The position numbers were made by a program, and so were the translations under genes. From Gammaproteobacteria bacterium (GTDB lineage Bacteria; Pseudomonadota; Gammaproteobacteria; JBCCGL01): a stretch of DNA of 64,000 nt. The notes below the pieces were generated by a model, which was given only the letters and a program-made list of their open reading frames with translations, did no database searches and was not told the DNA's origin. Positions 33,905-44,856 of this stretch are shown here, in pieces (position 1 is the first letter of the stretch; every line of letters starts with the position of its first letter). The stretch covers positions 1,472,001-1,536,000 of the forward strand of contig OZ255836.1 in the NCBI GenBank assembly GCA_965277715.1. The letters are read 5' to 3'.

Positions 33905-35455
33905 CATGGGTGTACCACTAGAATCCTACCAGGAAGCTAATAACGCAATGAATAACACCTGAAAAGAGCCGCCATAAGCTACAAATAGTATTTTTTATAA
34001 AATTTGTACTGTTTTTTTTATAAACCGATAACACGCTTTATAATTCATAAAATAAATAAAATTATCCAAAAAAACACTTGCATTCACCAGCAGAATTTTT
34101 TTTAAAATACCCATTTAATATCTGATTAAATGGGCAAATTGAATATGAACGAAATGATGACCGTTGAAGAATATATCACCGAACACTGTAAAATAAGTAT
34201 GGAAAAAGCAATTGCTGCTGAACGCTTCCCTTTATGGAAAAGATCATGCGATTCCATTGATGACGTAGCTTTTTCTCGACATGGGTTACTTCACTGTATA
34301 AGTCTTGTACATAGTGGTCGTCACTATCTACAGGTTACGGATGAAATATACGACGAGACAATTTGTCATTCAAGCTATTTTAACGCATTGAAGTCGACAA
34401 GACGGATGAAGATGATGGAAGCCATGGAAAAGCAAAGCTATCAACTGCAAAGTGAGAAATTATCTTCTTTGGACATTGATTATTTAAAACAATTTCCTGA
34501 ACTTGAAGAATATCGAGTAGAAGCAGCTGATGGTCATTTTATACAGCATGCTTGTCACACAGAGAAAAATCGTCAGGGCAACGTCTTCGCAGCAGGCTTT
34601 ATTCATGCCTTGAACCTCAGAAATGGACTTCTAAGACCACTTTGTGTCGTGACTAACGGTACTGAACGACACCAGGAAATACCCGCGTTACGTTCTTATA
34701 TTGAACAACGTTGTGGCGAAAAAGAGACTTGGCAAAAGCATCTCTATATATACGATAAGGCGGTGACTGATTATGCATGGTGGGAAAAACAAAAACAGCA
34801 TCAGAATTTTATGATTTCAGTACTCAAAGAAAATGCAGTTGCAACTTTTGTCAACTCTATATCCTATGACCAGGGTAGTGAAATTAATACAGGGGTTGAA
34901 GGCTATAGTGTATATAAAAATAAAAAGGTTAAATTTCATATTGTTAAATACCGCGACCCAGAAACAGGTCAATTACATCAATTTATTTCAACGCTACCAG
35001 AGTCAATTAACCCAGGCACTATTGCTATGCTCTATTACAAGCCTTGGACGATAGAAAAATCATTCAACAACAGTAAAAGCGATTTCACCAAAAGAAAAAC
35101 CTGGTCTTCAAACCTGAATGCGCTGAACAGTCAAATGCGTTTTACTGCTATGGCCTATAATATCATGCGTATTTTTTGAAGAAACATCAAAAACAAAAAA
35201 CCTGGAATGTATTCATCTATCTGATAAAAAATACACTAAAATGCCTGATAAGAGACAAAAAATTGCCCAGAAAAAAGGCGGCTTTGTTAATCCATTGTTT
35301 TTTTACGCTAGAATTACCCGTATATGCTCATTCACCATCCGCTCTCTGCAAAATGCAATAATAACAAGAAAGTCCCTTAGAACTATTATGCATAGCTTAG
35401 TGAGGCATTTAAAATCTCGACAGCCAGGAATTTTGCAACACTGATGACACTTATA
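33905..35455 (+). mobile_element. IS4-like DDE element with frameshifted transposase (34130-35179 plus 35241-35444)
   Basis: AADGH, YDKA, YKPWTIEKSF (degenerate YREK); frameshift near 35172-35177; ends CATGGGTGTACCACT / ACTGATGACACTTAT; left end duplicated at 43984. Confidence 0.75.
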
Positions 35456-35624
35456 GGAAAATAAGACAAGTATGTCAACTTCAACAAAGGACAAAAAACT
35501 GCTTGCGAAAAAATGTGACCTCATAAGACGCCTCCATCATTCTATTTATACCGAGCGAGCTTACTGCGATTAGATCGTCCGCTTTATACACTTTAACCAA
35601 ATGCAGGCACGGGAGGCATTTCAA

Positions 35625-37358
35625 CTAAAACACCGGCAACGGATTATCCTGCTGCGGTGTTTTAGTCGAAAGACGCTTTTGCCTGTGCACCAGCGCATCA
35701 GCAAAACCATCCAGCCCTTTAATCGCATCAACTTGTTTTCCCGAATAAATGGCCGCATCAACTGCCAATAAAATGCTGGTTAAACGCTTATCACTCAGTT
35801 TCACCGAGACTTCAACCAAGCTTAACGGTGGGCGCGTTGGCCAGGTGGCGGCAGCCCATTTCAACACCACGTGCTTAATCGCAGGTAAATCACCCGCTGC
35901 GCAAACAGCTTTCAGTTGTTTTAGCGGCACGTGAGGCAAAGGCGCAGATTCAATCAGGTTATCGTTTACCACGGATCTGTTGCGCAATTTGTAAAGCAGT
36001 AATCCAGTTGTTAACGCCCAACCAAGTAACAATAATGTGACAACAACAGGCCATATCCACTGTGGCCAGACGCCAATACTGTTATTGCCCTGGGCGGCAT
36101 CGATAACGCTGCGCTCATCCGTTGTTAGATCGCTCTTCGCCACACGCTCAAGCGGCGCCGATGGTGATTCACTGTCCACGGGGGGTTGAATAGCACTCAC
36201 GGCAGGCAATACTTCGATGGTTTTCTCTGGCAGTACGGCAATTTTTTCCTGATCGCTGCTGACATCCCACCACGCTATGCGCACCTCCGGCAGTACATAG
36301 TGACCGGCCTGTGAGGGAATAATCGCCCAGCGTTCGGTGTGCTGACCAATCAAACCCTCTGCAGTAACGTTTTCAGCCAGTTCCGGCTGGTCAGAATAGA
36401 CTTTCAAGCCATTGATATCGGGCATTGACAGGGTGGGTATCTGCCCCCGCAAGACGCCTTGTGCCTCTATGTTGATCGTGCGGGTTACCGGGCTGCCGAC
36501 GCGCAGGTTGTCAACGGAATCAGACCAGCTCTCGGTCAATTGCAGTGATTTGGCCGGTAGCCACCAACTGCCGGAAAAAGCACTGGCAGCGGGTTTTACA
36601 TCGAGCGTTATCGGTTCGCTGCGCAGCCGGATAGCGCGCCCACGGGCACTAAAACCACCAAATGTCCCCTGGCTACCCGCACCTGTAGCCACTGTGGCAC
36701 TGAGCACAATCGGTGGCACAGCCACTTCACCACTGCGCTGCGGAAACAGCACGTAACGGCGTTCGATGACTTTGTAACGCACCCCATTGCGCTGTACGTT
36801 GTAATTGGTGTCTTCCCCCAAGCGCTGGTGAATATAATCGTCTGATTTGGGATCGGAGAGTGAGCCATCATAAAAATCCCGCGCGCGAAAAATACGCACG
36901 GTGTAGATGACTTGCGACTGCACATACGGGCGCATATTGTCAACTTCAGCTTCAAGAAACACCGCCTGTTTGGCGGCACCATTGGCGGTGGTGTTGGCGG
37001 GGTTAACTTTGATACCAATCGGTTTGCTGCGCGCTGTGCCTGCGCTAATGGCGGGAATAATCAAGGTGCCACTGCGTAGCGGGCTGAGAGTGTAGCGCCA
37101 GGTAACGTAGGAATCCATGGCGCCATTGACAATGCTCACCTGGCTGTTGCGGGCGGTGGATAACACGTCAAAATCGGCTTGCAGAATGCTGATATCCGGT
37201 TCGCTGTCACCGTCCCGCTGGATTAATTCGAGCACCAGGGTTTCACCCATATTAACAACGCTGCGGTCAATCTGAGCCTCCAGTGAGGCCGCCTGTAGTG
37301 AACCCGTTACCACTGCGAGTAATAACAGCAGTGCTATTCTATTGAGGTTGTTTACCAC
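35625..37358 (-). CDS. batD: BatD-family protein
   Basis: Signal peptide, repeated Ig-like segments, YVLFPQRSG, WWLPA, WWD, C-terminal TM; last gene of the moxR operon. Confidence 0.88.
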   Translation of the reverse strand: MVNNLNRIALLLLLAVVTGSLQAASLEAQIDRSVVNMGETLVLELIQRDGDSEPDISILQADFDVLSTARNSQVSIVNGAMDSYVTWRYTLSPLRSGTLIIPAISAGTARSKPIGIKVNPANTTANGAAKQAVFLEAEVDNMRPYVQSQVIYTVRIFRARDFYDGSLSDPKSDDYIHQRLGEDTNYNVQRNGVRYKVIERRYVLFPQRSGEVAVPPIVLSATVATGAGSQGTFGGFSARGRAIRLRSEPITLDVKPAASAFSGSWWLPAKSLQLTESWSDSVDNLRVGSPVTRTINIEAQGVLRGQIPTLSMPDINGLKVYSDQPELAENVTAEGLIGQHTERWAIIPSQAGHYVLPEVRIAWWDVSSDQEKIAVLPEKTIEVLPAVSAIQPPVDSESPSAPLERVAKSDLTTDERSVIDAAQGNNSIGVWPQWIWPVVVTLLLLGWALTTGLLLYKLRNRSVVNDNLIESAPLPHVPLKQLKAVCAAGDLPAIKHVVLKWAAATWPTRPPLSLVEVSVKLSDKRLTSILLAVDAAIYSGKQVDAIKGLDGFADALVHRQKRLSTKTPQQDNPLPVF

Positions 37359-38248
37359 GGCTTATCTCCTTCACGAATATCGGCATACCGCGACTGGTGC
37401 GTGACGTGCAGTTTGTTGCGCAGCAACCCTGCCGGGTCATCGGGGATGCGTTGTAGCTGTTGTTCGATGGCCTGGGTGGCTTCATCGTAGGGTTGCTCCT
37501 GCATTGCAACAGCGGCTTGTTGTTCACCTGTTTCTGCCGATTTCTCCTGTGATGCTTTCTGTGCCTGTTGTTGCGCAGTGGTTTGTTCCTCCTCCTGCTG
37601 TTCCTGTAAGGCTGACTTCAATGACTCTTCGGCGGTTTGTTGTTCGCTTTGTTCGCTGTCGGCGCTATTTTGCTCTGGTGATTCTGGGGGCTCGCCTTCA
37701 CTACCCTGTGAGGTTGAATCCGCCTGTTGCTGCCCCGATTCATCGGCATTCTCTGTGGGTTTCTCTTCACCGCTTTGCTGTTCACCCTCCCCTTGCTGCT
37801 GATTTTCTTCACCGTCACCCTGCCCGCCCTGCCGCTGGTCATTCTGTTGTGCCTGCTGTTCAAGCTGGCGGACAACCCAATCGCGATTGGCGATACCGTC
37901 TTCGTGATTGGCCTGGCGTTCCAGCAAGTGATCGAATGCCGCCAGCGATTGCTGTAGCTCACCCGCGTGTGCCAGCGCAGTCGCCCGGTTATACAGCGCA
38001 TCAACACTGTCTGCACGGGAAAAGGCATCTGCCGCGTCCTGGTACTGACCGTCATTAAACTTTGCCGTGCCGCGCCATTCGGGGTCACTGAAGGTTTCAC
38101 CCGCCTGCTGTGCCTGGCCATTATTGAGCAGCGCAATACCCTGCTGGTCGGCGCGCTGCCACCAATCGCGCCAGGCGGCGCTGGCCTGGGCAGCAAACAG
38201 CACACTTAGACAGCAAAATACAATTATCGGTAACCGTACCAGGCGCAT
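37352..38248 (-). CDS. TPR protein with Gln/Glu-rich linker (BatC-like)
   Basis: WRDWWQRADQQG, ALYNRATALAHAG TPR, QRIPDDPAGLLRNK. Likely start MRLVRL at 38248. Confidence 0.85.
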   Translation of the reverse strand: MRLVRLPIIVFCCLSVLFAAQASAAWRDWWQRADQQGIALLNNGQAQQAGETFSDPEWRGTAKFNDGQYQDAADAFSRADSVDALYNRATALAHAGELQQSLAAFDHLLERQANHEDGIANRDWVVRQLEQQAQQNDQRQGGQGDGEENQQQGEGEQQSGEEKPTENADESGQQQADSTSQGSEGEPPESPEQNSADSEQSEQQTAEESLKSALQEQQEEEQTTAQQQAQKASQEKSAETGEQQAAVAMQEQPYDEATQAIEQQLQRIPDDPAGLLRNKLHVTHQSRYADIREGDKPW

Positions 38249-39237
38249 CAGATCAGTCCACGTCGAAATAACAGGGCCATATAAATAAGTAATGGCAACA
38301 ACAACCACGGGCCGCGTTCAATCCAACTGTCGGCTTGCTGTTGCTGCGCTGTCTGCCGCACGCCCGTATTCAATGGGTTGTCGGCACTCAGTAGCTGTGC
38401 AATATCAGTGTCGTCGACGCGCAGGCGGGAAAATTGACCACCACCGTGCGCGGCGAGCTGGCGCAGTGGCGCCAGAGTGACACCGGGAATAACAATATTG
38501 CCCGATGCATCCTTGAGGTAGCTGCCCTGATCCGGTATCGGCGCGCCCTGTTCGGTGCCGATAGCCAGTACCGACACGCTGTGCCCGGCACTGCGCAAAC
38601 GCGCCGCGACAGTAAAATCGGCTTCTGTTGGTGTCGAATCAGTCAGCAAAATCACCTGGCCCTGCTCAACCCCCGCGCCACGCATTAATACAGCCGCCTC
38701 TTCGAGGGCCGCGCCGAGGTCGCTGCCCTGTACCGGCACGATCGCTGTGGTCAGCGACGGCACCATCGCCGCGATGGTATTGGTGTCATCGGTGAGTGGG
38801 CTAATAACATAAGGCGCCGCACCAAAGGCGATCAGGCCCACCTGGACACCTTGGCTGCGCGCCAGTAGGTCACGCAATTTAAACCTGGCCCGTGCAATGC
38901 GCGAGGGGGTTATATCCGCTGCATCCATTGAGCGCGATACATCCAGCACCATCACCCGCGCCTGCTGATCGCGAAATACCGGCACCGGGCGCTGCTCCCA
39001 CGCTGGCCCCGCCAGGGCGACGACGGTCAGTACAGCGGCAATAAATGCCAGGAGTAATGGCCATCGGCGCGGGCGCTGGGTGTACTCCCCCAATTGAAAC
39101 CTGAGCAGTTGTGGGTCGACAACACTTTGCCAGCTACTGTGCAGCGCCGTGCGCCGGTATTCGATAAACAGGCAGGTGCACACTGGTATCAACAGCAGTA
39201 ACAGCCACGGGCGTAGAAAGTGAAAGGCCTCTATCAT
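38248..39237 (-). CDS. VWA domain protein (BatB-like)
   Basis: FHFLRPW, LAGPAW, DVSRSM MIDAS, SPLTDD. Likely start MIEAF. Confidence 0.88.
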   Translation of the reverse strand: MIEAFHFLRPWLLLLLIPVCTCLFIEYRRTALHSSWQSVVDPQLLRFQLGEYTQRPRRWPLLLAFIAAVLTVVALAGPAWEQRPVPVFRDQQARVMVLDVSRSMDAADITPSRIARARFKLRDLLARSQGVQVGLIAFGAAPYVISPLTDDTNTIAAMVPSLTTAIVPVQGSDLGAALEEAAVLMRGAGVEQGQVILLTDSTPTEADFTVAARLRSAGHSVSVLAIGTEQGAPIPDQGSYLKDASGNIVIPGVTLAPLRQLAAHGGGQFSRLRVDDTDIAQLLSADNPLNTGVRQTAQQQQADSWIERGPWLLLPLLIYMALLFRRGLI

Positions 39238-40211
39238 CGTGCGCGCCTCTGCCAGTACAACATACTGCACAATAAACACAGCAGCAGTAACGGCCACAGG
39301 TAGAGTTCCGCGAGTGGCCGGTAGTGATCCTGGCCCGCATCGGTGGGTTCGAGTTGATCGATCAGGGCATAAATACGGTTTAGTTCATTAATGTCGTGGG
39401 CGCGGAAGTAGCGCCCCCCCGTTAGCTGGGCAATTTCCTTGAGTGATTTTTCATCCAGTGGTCGGCTGCGCCGGTTCAGGAAGCCGAATAAACCACCCGT
39501 CTGCGGTTCGGCGCCAACCCCGATGGTATGGATGCGAATATTTTCCTGCTGCGCCAGATGGGCCGCTTCCGATGGCGATACCAGGCCTGATGTGTTCGAG
39601 CCATCGGTCAATAAAATCAATAGGCGACTGTCTTGTGGCCGCTCGCGCAGACGTTTTACCGAGAGACCTATCGCATCCCCCACCGAGGTATTTTGCCCGG
39701 CCAGACCAATCACCGCTTCATCGAGAAAATGGCGCACGGTCTTTAAATCAAATGACAGCGGCGTTTGTACATAGGCGTGGGTGCCAAATAAAATCAAACC
39801 CACGCGGTCACCCTGGCGCCGCTCGATAAATTCACCCGCGACCGCTTTAACCGCCTGCAGGCGCGTCAAACGATGCCCCTGATAGTTGAAATCGTCCTCT
39901 TCCATGCTGCCGGATATGTCCACGGCCAACATCACATCACGGCCACTCACCGGTAACGCCACCGGATCCCCCAGCCAAACCGGGCGCGATACACTCAGCA
40001 CTAACATCAGCCACATCCCGGTCAGTAATAACAGCCTGGCGCCCGGCGGGGCAATGCCGCGTTGTTGTGATGCCCCCGGTGCCGTCACCGCGAAGAAAAA
40101 CGGCACATACAGGGATGGCTCACCACGCGGTTGTACCGGTGTGAAAAAGCGGCGCACCAGTATCGGCAATGGCAACAGGAAAAATGCCCACCACCAAATG
40201 AACTCAATCAT
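39234..40211 (-). CDS. VWA domain protein (BatA-like)
   Basis: GRDVMLAVDISGSM, GDRVGLILFG, LLTDGSNT, TGGRYFRA. Confidence 0.9.
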   Translation of the reverse strand: MIEFIWWWAFFLLPLPILVRRFFTPVQPRGEPSLYVPFFFAVTAPGASQQRGIAPPGARLLLLTGMWLMLVLSVSRPVWLGDPVALPVSGRDVMLAVDISGSMEEDDFNYQGHRLTRLQAVKAVAGEFIERRQGDRVGLILFGTHAYVQTPLSFDLKTVRHFLDEAVIGLAGQNTSVGDAIGLSVKRLRERPQDSRLLILLTDGSNTSGLVSPSEAAHLAQQENIRIHTIGVGAEPQTGGLFGFLNRRSRPLDEKSLKEIAQLTGGRYFRAHDINELNRIYALIDQLEPTDAGQDHYRPLAELYLWPLLLLCLLCSMLYWQRRAR

Positions 40212-40732
40212 CCGGCTCTCCAGCGGTGGCGGCAAATCATACGTTTGAGCAATACCAACAAGGCCGCAATATCCGCCGGTGTCGCCCCAGCGCCGGATTG
40301 TCCGCCCGGTGCCTGGTAGGGCGCTTCAAGCAATAAACGGCCAGGGCCATCTGAAAAGGCCTGTGCCTGGCCCTGTGCCCCCCCAAGTGTATCCAGTTGT
40401 TGTAACCAGGCCTCCCCGGTGGTACCAGCACTCTCTGCACGCGGCAGTAATGCCAGCGCGATGCGACGCAATAACACCGAGCAGCACTGGATTTTTTCAG
40501 CCCGCTGCACAGCGGTCGATACCGGCATTACCACTATCGATTGGTATTCGCGCAGCGCAACCTGTTTCCAGCGATTGGCGCGCTTATATCGACGCCATTG
40601 CCGCTGTGCAAAAAACAGCACCAACAGGAACACCACCAGCGCTATCCACCAGCCGGGGGCCGGTGGCCACCACCCCGGCTCCAGTGGCAGATGCAGGCCG
40701 CGCAGCTCATCGGTTGGCAGTGTCGGGTTCAC
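40208..40732 (-). CDS. DUF4381 family protein
   Basis: LRGLHLP..GWWPPAPGWW, LLRRIAL, GEAWLQQLD. Confidence 0.88.
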   Translation of the reverse strand: MNPTLPTDELRGLHLPLEPGWWPPAPGWWIALVVFLLVLFFAQRQWRRYKRANRWKQVALREYQSIVVMPVSTAVQRAEKIQCCSVLLRRIALALLPRAESAGTTGEAWLQQLDTLGGAQGQAQAFSDGPGRLLLEAPYQAPGGQSGAGATPADIAALLVLLKRMICRHRWRAG

Positions 40733-41814
40733 GCAGTAGCCGCCTGTGCTGTGTTTTCAGTGGGGGTTATTGCGCTGCGTTGCAATAACCTCTGGGCTGC
40801 CTGGGCAGGTGGTACAGTGGCGGTGTATTGTGCAAAATAACTGCTGTGCCCACTCAGTAGCTGAGCCAATTGGGTGTTGCGGCCGGTAAACGCCCCTTGG
40901 TGTGCCTCGCGCACGGCGTGTTGTGCCGCGTCAAAATGTGCTCTGCTGGTGCCATCGGTCACCGGATAGAGGCCTTTTTCCGGCAGGTGGCTCTCCAGCT
41001 CATCCACCACCCGCACGGCGGTGCATTCGGTGTGAATACACAGGCCTTTGAGAACGGACTCATCCTGTGCCGACAGCCCCGCAAAATCACTGAGCAGCAA
41101 TACCAAGCTACCGGGATGCGCTACCTTGCGCAGGCGCAATAGTGCAGCCCCCAGTGCGCTTTGCCCGGAAGTGGAATCAAGGGGTTGTTGTGTTTGTGCC
41201 ACTGGGTCTTGGCTCAGATGGTATTGCAAAAGGCATTCGCGATGCATATCCACCAGCGTTTTCAGCAGCCGCAGGCAACCGCGTGAGCCACCCAGGGGTT
41301 TGATTTCACAGTGCCGGTGGTCGGCAAACACCAGCCCACCGATGCGCTCACCCGCTGCGGCAAAAATCCACGCCAACTGTGCCGCCAACCGTGCGGCGGC
41401 GACCGATTTAAGCGCCACGCGTGTACCGAACAACATCGGCTGGCAAAAGTCGACGACGATAAAGACAGGCCGCTCTTTCTCCTCTTCAAATAATTTGGTA
41501 TGCACCTGGTTGGTGCGGGCGGTAACGTTCCAATCGATCATGCGCACATCATCGCCTGGCTGATAGGCGCGCACCTCGGCAAAATCCAGGCCGCGCCCCA
41601 GCGCACGGCTGCGCTGATTGGCCGAGCGCGGTGTCAGCACCCGTTTGCGCTGTCGACCCGCCGATTTACCGACATTCAGGCGCAGGCGCAACAGCTCATC
41701 AAGTCCCAGCTCAATACCATTGCCCGCCTCTGTCTGTATACCCCCGGCCTGCCCCCTCCCGGTTTGTACCCCTAATCCAGCATTGCGCGGTTGTGCGCCA
41801 AACAGCCAGCGCAT
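40729..41814 (-). CDS. DUF58 family protein
   Basis: GRGLDFAEVRAYQPGDDVRMIDWNVTAR, FEEEKERP, LLSDF. Confidence 0.92.
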   Translation of the reverse strand: MRWLFGAQPRNAGLGVQTGRGQAGGIQTEAGNGIELGLDELLRLRLNVGKSAGRQRKRVLTPRSANQRSRALGRGLDFAEVRAYQPGDDVRMIDWNVTARTNQVHTKLFEEEKERPVFIVVDFCQPMLFGTRVALKSVAAARLAAQLAWIFAAAGERIGGLVFADHRHCEIKPLGGSRGCLRLLKTLVDMHRECLLQYHLSQDPVAQTQQPLDSTSGQSALGAALLRLRKVAHPGSLVLLLSDFAGLSAQDESVLKGLCIHTECTAVRVVDELESHLPEKGLYPVTDGTSRAHFDAAQHAVREAHQGAFTGRNTQLAQLLSGHSSYFAQYTATVPPAQAAQRLLQRSAITPTENTAQAATA

Positions 41815-41816
41815 AC

Positions 41817-42779
41817 TCAGGGCACCGGCACCAATTGCAGTAGCTTATCGATCACCTGATCGGCGCTGACACCATCGGCCTCGGCCTGGTAAGACAATAT
41901 CAGCCGGTGCCTCAGGGTGTCGTGTGCCACCGCCTGTACATCAGCGGGGGATACATACGTGCGCTCGGCCAGCCAGGCGTGTGCACGGGCGCAACTGTCC
42001 AGTGCAATTGTTGCGCGTGGGCTGCCACCAAACTCAATCCAGCGCCCCAGCTCGGCATCCAGCGCCGCCGGGTTGCGGGTGCTGGTCACCAGTCGCACCA
42101 GATAATCCTCCACGGGGTCTGCCATATACTGGGCCAGTACCTGTTCCCGCGCCGTCAATAGCGTGGCAAAGCGAATCGGCTCAGGCGTTGAAACCACCTC
42201 GCTGGCAATCGATTCATTGCGCACCAGGCGCAAAATCTCCCGCTCTGTGGAGGGGTGTGGATAGTCCACTTTCACATGCATGAGAAAACGGTCCAACTGC
42301 GCTTCCGGCAGAGGGTAAGTGCCCTCCTGCTCGATAGGGTTTTGGGTTGCCATCACCATAAAAACTTCAGCCAGCGGGTACGTTTTCTGGCCGACGGTAA
42401 TCTGGTGTTCGCCCATCGCTTCGAGCAGTGCCGACTGTACTTTGGCCGGTGCGCGGTTAACTTCATCCGCTAGAATCAGGTTGTGAAACAGCGGCCCCGG
42501 CTGGAACGTAAACGACCCTTCCTGGGGGCGGTAGATCTCAGTACCTGTGAGGTCTGCGGGGAGTAGATCCGGGGTAAACTGAATGCGTTGAAATTCACCT
42601 TCGAGCAAGGTTGATAGCGCGTTGATGGCGCGTGTTTTGGCCAGCCCCGGCGGCCCTTCGACCAGCAAATGCCCGCCGGTCAGCAATGCCATCAACAAAC
42701 GGTCAACCAGTAATTGCTGGCCAATAATCAGTGCATTGAGCGCCTGGCGCAATGACAACACCTGTTTCAATTCAGTCAT
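41817..42779 (-). CDS. moxR: MoxR-family AAA+ ATPase
   Basis: EGPPGLAKT, RIQFTPDLLPAD, DEVNRAPAKVQSALLEAM, EAQLDRF. Confidence 0.95.
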   Translation of the reverse strand: MTELKQVLSLRQALNALIIGQQLLVDRLLMALLTGGHLLVEGPPGLAKTRAINALSTLLEGEFQRIQFTPDLLPADLTGTEIYRPQEGSFTFQPGPLFHNLILADEVNRAPAKVQSALLEAMGEHQITVGQKTYPLAEVFMVMATQNPIEQEGTYPLPEAQLDRFLMHVKVDYPHPSTEREILRLVRNESIASEVVSTPEPIRFATLLTAREQVLAQYMADPVEDYLVRLVTSTRNPAALDAELGRWIEFGGSPRATIALDSCARAHAWLAERTYVSPADVQAVAHDTLRHRLILSYQAEADGVSADQVIDKLLQLVPVP

Positions 42780-42922
42780 ACTGTCCTGTCTTTATGAAGT
42801 AAGCACACCATTCAATAGTCTGTAGGTTGAGCCTATCAAGGCCATCAACATGGGCAATCCGTGAAGAAATGATAGACTTATCCAACATTTTTTCCGCGCA
42901 AAATTCTATCTGGATAACATCA

Positions 42923-43768
42923 ATGAACAATGACAGTCTGGAAAGACACAGCCTATTAATTACCGGGTGTTCCAGCGGTATTGGTGCCTGTGTGGCCAAA
43001 GGTTTACACGCACGCGGTTACCGCGTCTTCGCCAGCGTGCGCAACCCCGAAGACTGCGCCGCATTACACGCTGTCGGCATCGAAAGCCTGGTGCTCGACT
43101 ACGACGACCCGGCAAGCATTGACTGCGCTGTCAACCACGTTCTCGAAAAAACGGGCGGCACACTCTATGCGCTGTTCAACAACGGCGCCTACGGCCAGCC
43201 GGGCGCCTGTGAAGACCTCAGCCGCGATGCCCTGCGCAAGCAATTTGAAACCAACGTATTTGGCTGGGTTGAACTGACCAACCGGGTCATCCCCATCATG
43301 CGCAGACAAGGGTACGGGCGCATCATCCAAAACAGCTCCATACTGGGATTTGCCGCCATGCAAATGCGCGGTGCCTACAACGCCAGCAAATTCGCCATCG
43401 AAGGGTTTAGCGATACCCTGAGACTTGAACTACATGGCAGCGGCATTCACATCAGCCTTATCGAACCGGGGCCGATCAGTAGCGCATTTCGCGCCAACGC
43501 CTACCGGGCCTTTAGGGAAAACATTGTCACCGACAACAGCGTACACCAGGCACACTACCAAAATATGATCGAACGGTTTAAAACCCAGGGCAACGTCATG
43601 CCGTTTACACTGCCCCCGGAAGCGGTACTCAAGCGAGTCATCCACGCACTGGAGAGCAAGCGCCCTAAAATCCGCTACCCGGTTACCGTGCCAACGGTAT
43701 TTTTTGCTTGGGCAAAGCGGCTATTAAGTGACCGCATACTAGACAGTATGCTGCGAAGAGTAGGTTAG
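42923..43768 (+). CDS. Short-chain dehydrogenase (YbbO-like)
   Basis: ITGCSSGIG, NNGAYG, YNASK. Confidence 0.92.
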   Translation: MNNDSLERHSLLITGCSSGIGACVAKGLHARGYRVFASVRNPEDCAALHAVGIESLVLDYDDPASIDCAVNHVLEKTGGTLYALFNNGAYGQPGACEDLSRDALRKQFETNVFGWVELTNRVIPIMRRQGYGRIIQNSSILGFAAMQMRGAYNASKFAIEGFSDTLRLELHGSGIHISLIEPGPISSAFRANAYRAFRENIVTDNSVHQAHYQNMIERFKTQGNVMPFTLPPEAVLKRVIHALESKRPKIRYPVTVPTVFFAWAKRLLSDRILDSMLRRVG

Positions 43769-43983
43769 TCTATCTTTGGCATTTAATACTTAAAACATCC
43801 AGTTAAGGAATATACGCGTTCGTCCTCTGTGTATATGAAATCTAGCGTAAGACGATAGTAGAGCAATATACTAAAAATAAGTAATAGTATACTTGATGGG
43901 ATGGATCCGTTCCCTTTGAACCGGCATCACGATGTGCCAAGATTGAGCGGTAACACAATCAATCTACTATCACCTAAAAAAGT

Positions 43984-44131
43984 CATGGTGTACCACTAGA
44001 ATCCTACCAGGAAGCTAATAACGCAATGAATAACACCTGAAAAGAGCCGCCATAAGCTACAAATAGTATTTTTTATAATATTTTTACTGTTTTTTTATAA
44101 ACCGATAACAAGCTTTATAATTCATAAAATA
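43984..44131 (+). repeat. Orphan copy of the left end of the IS4-like element at 33905
   Basis: About 150 bp nearly identical to 33905-34052 (CATGGTGTACCACTAGAATCCTACCAGGAAGC...). Confidence 0.9.
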
Positions 44132-44134
44132 AAG

Positions 44135-44808
44135 TTTACTAAAGTGGCCGTTCAATCGAGTCTCGAAAAATTTGCTGTGAGAGAGTGCTTTAATAAAGCT
44201 GGTATGGCTATGCCAATTTGGCGTATAATCGAAGAAGATAAAATCTTATAGCAGCTAAAATTTTCTGCAGTAATTAAGCCGCGTGTTGCTCAAGGTTCGC
44301 GAGGTGTCACTTACGCTGAAACAATAAAAAATGCAATAAGCGCTAAAAATATAATATCTGAAAAATACTGTCAAAATGAATGTATTTATGAGAAATATTT
44401 GGCTGGGAGACAATTTAACATTGATGGTGTGCTCTTGGAGGGCATGCCATTTTTCATATGATTACAGAGGAGTGTTATACAGATTTTCGGCCAAGTTGGT
44501 ATTTATTTCCCCCAATATTGGATAGTGGCACAAAAACTGAAATTTTACGTGAAGTGCGCGCTAGTTTATCAGCTTGTGAGTTCTTCTCTGGAGCTTTTTA
44601 CCTTGAAATAAAACTCAAGAATGGGAACGCTCATACAATTAATCTTTCAAATCGTATGCCACCAGACTTTCCAAAATTTGCTTGTAGGATAATGGGATTC
44701 GATCCAATTGAAGATTATATTGAAATAATGCATGGGAGATCTGTTGTGGAGCGCCCGTTAGTTCCACAAAAAGAGAGACAAATATTGCAATATTACAATG
44801 AAAAATAA
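44135..44808 (+). pseudogene. ATP-grasp ligase pseudogene
   Basis: Frame upstream of the listed ORF reads SLEKFAVRECFNKAGMAMP...*...VIKPRVAQGSRGV...YEKYLAGRQFNIDG; 5' end cut by the IS end; internal TAG. Confidence 0.75.
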
Positions 44809-44856
44809 GATCAAAAACCAACAACTATGGGTAAATAGAAGGATTAAATAGCTACT

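Noticed and set aside
37500-37860. Low-complexity Gln/Glu-rich stretch as a novel repeat
   Set aside because: It is the usual disordered linker of BatC-like TPR proteins.
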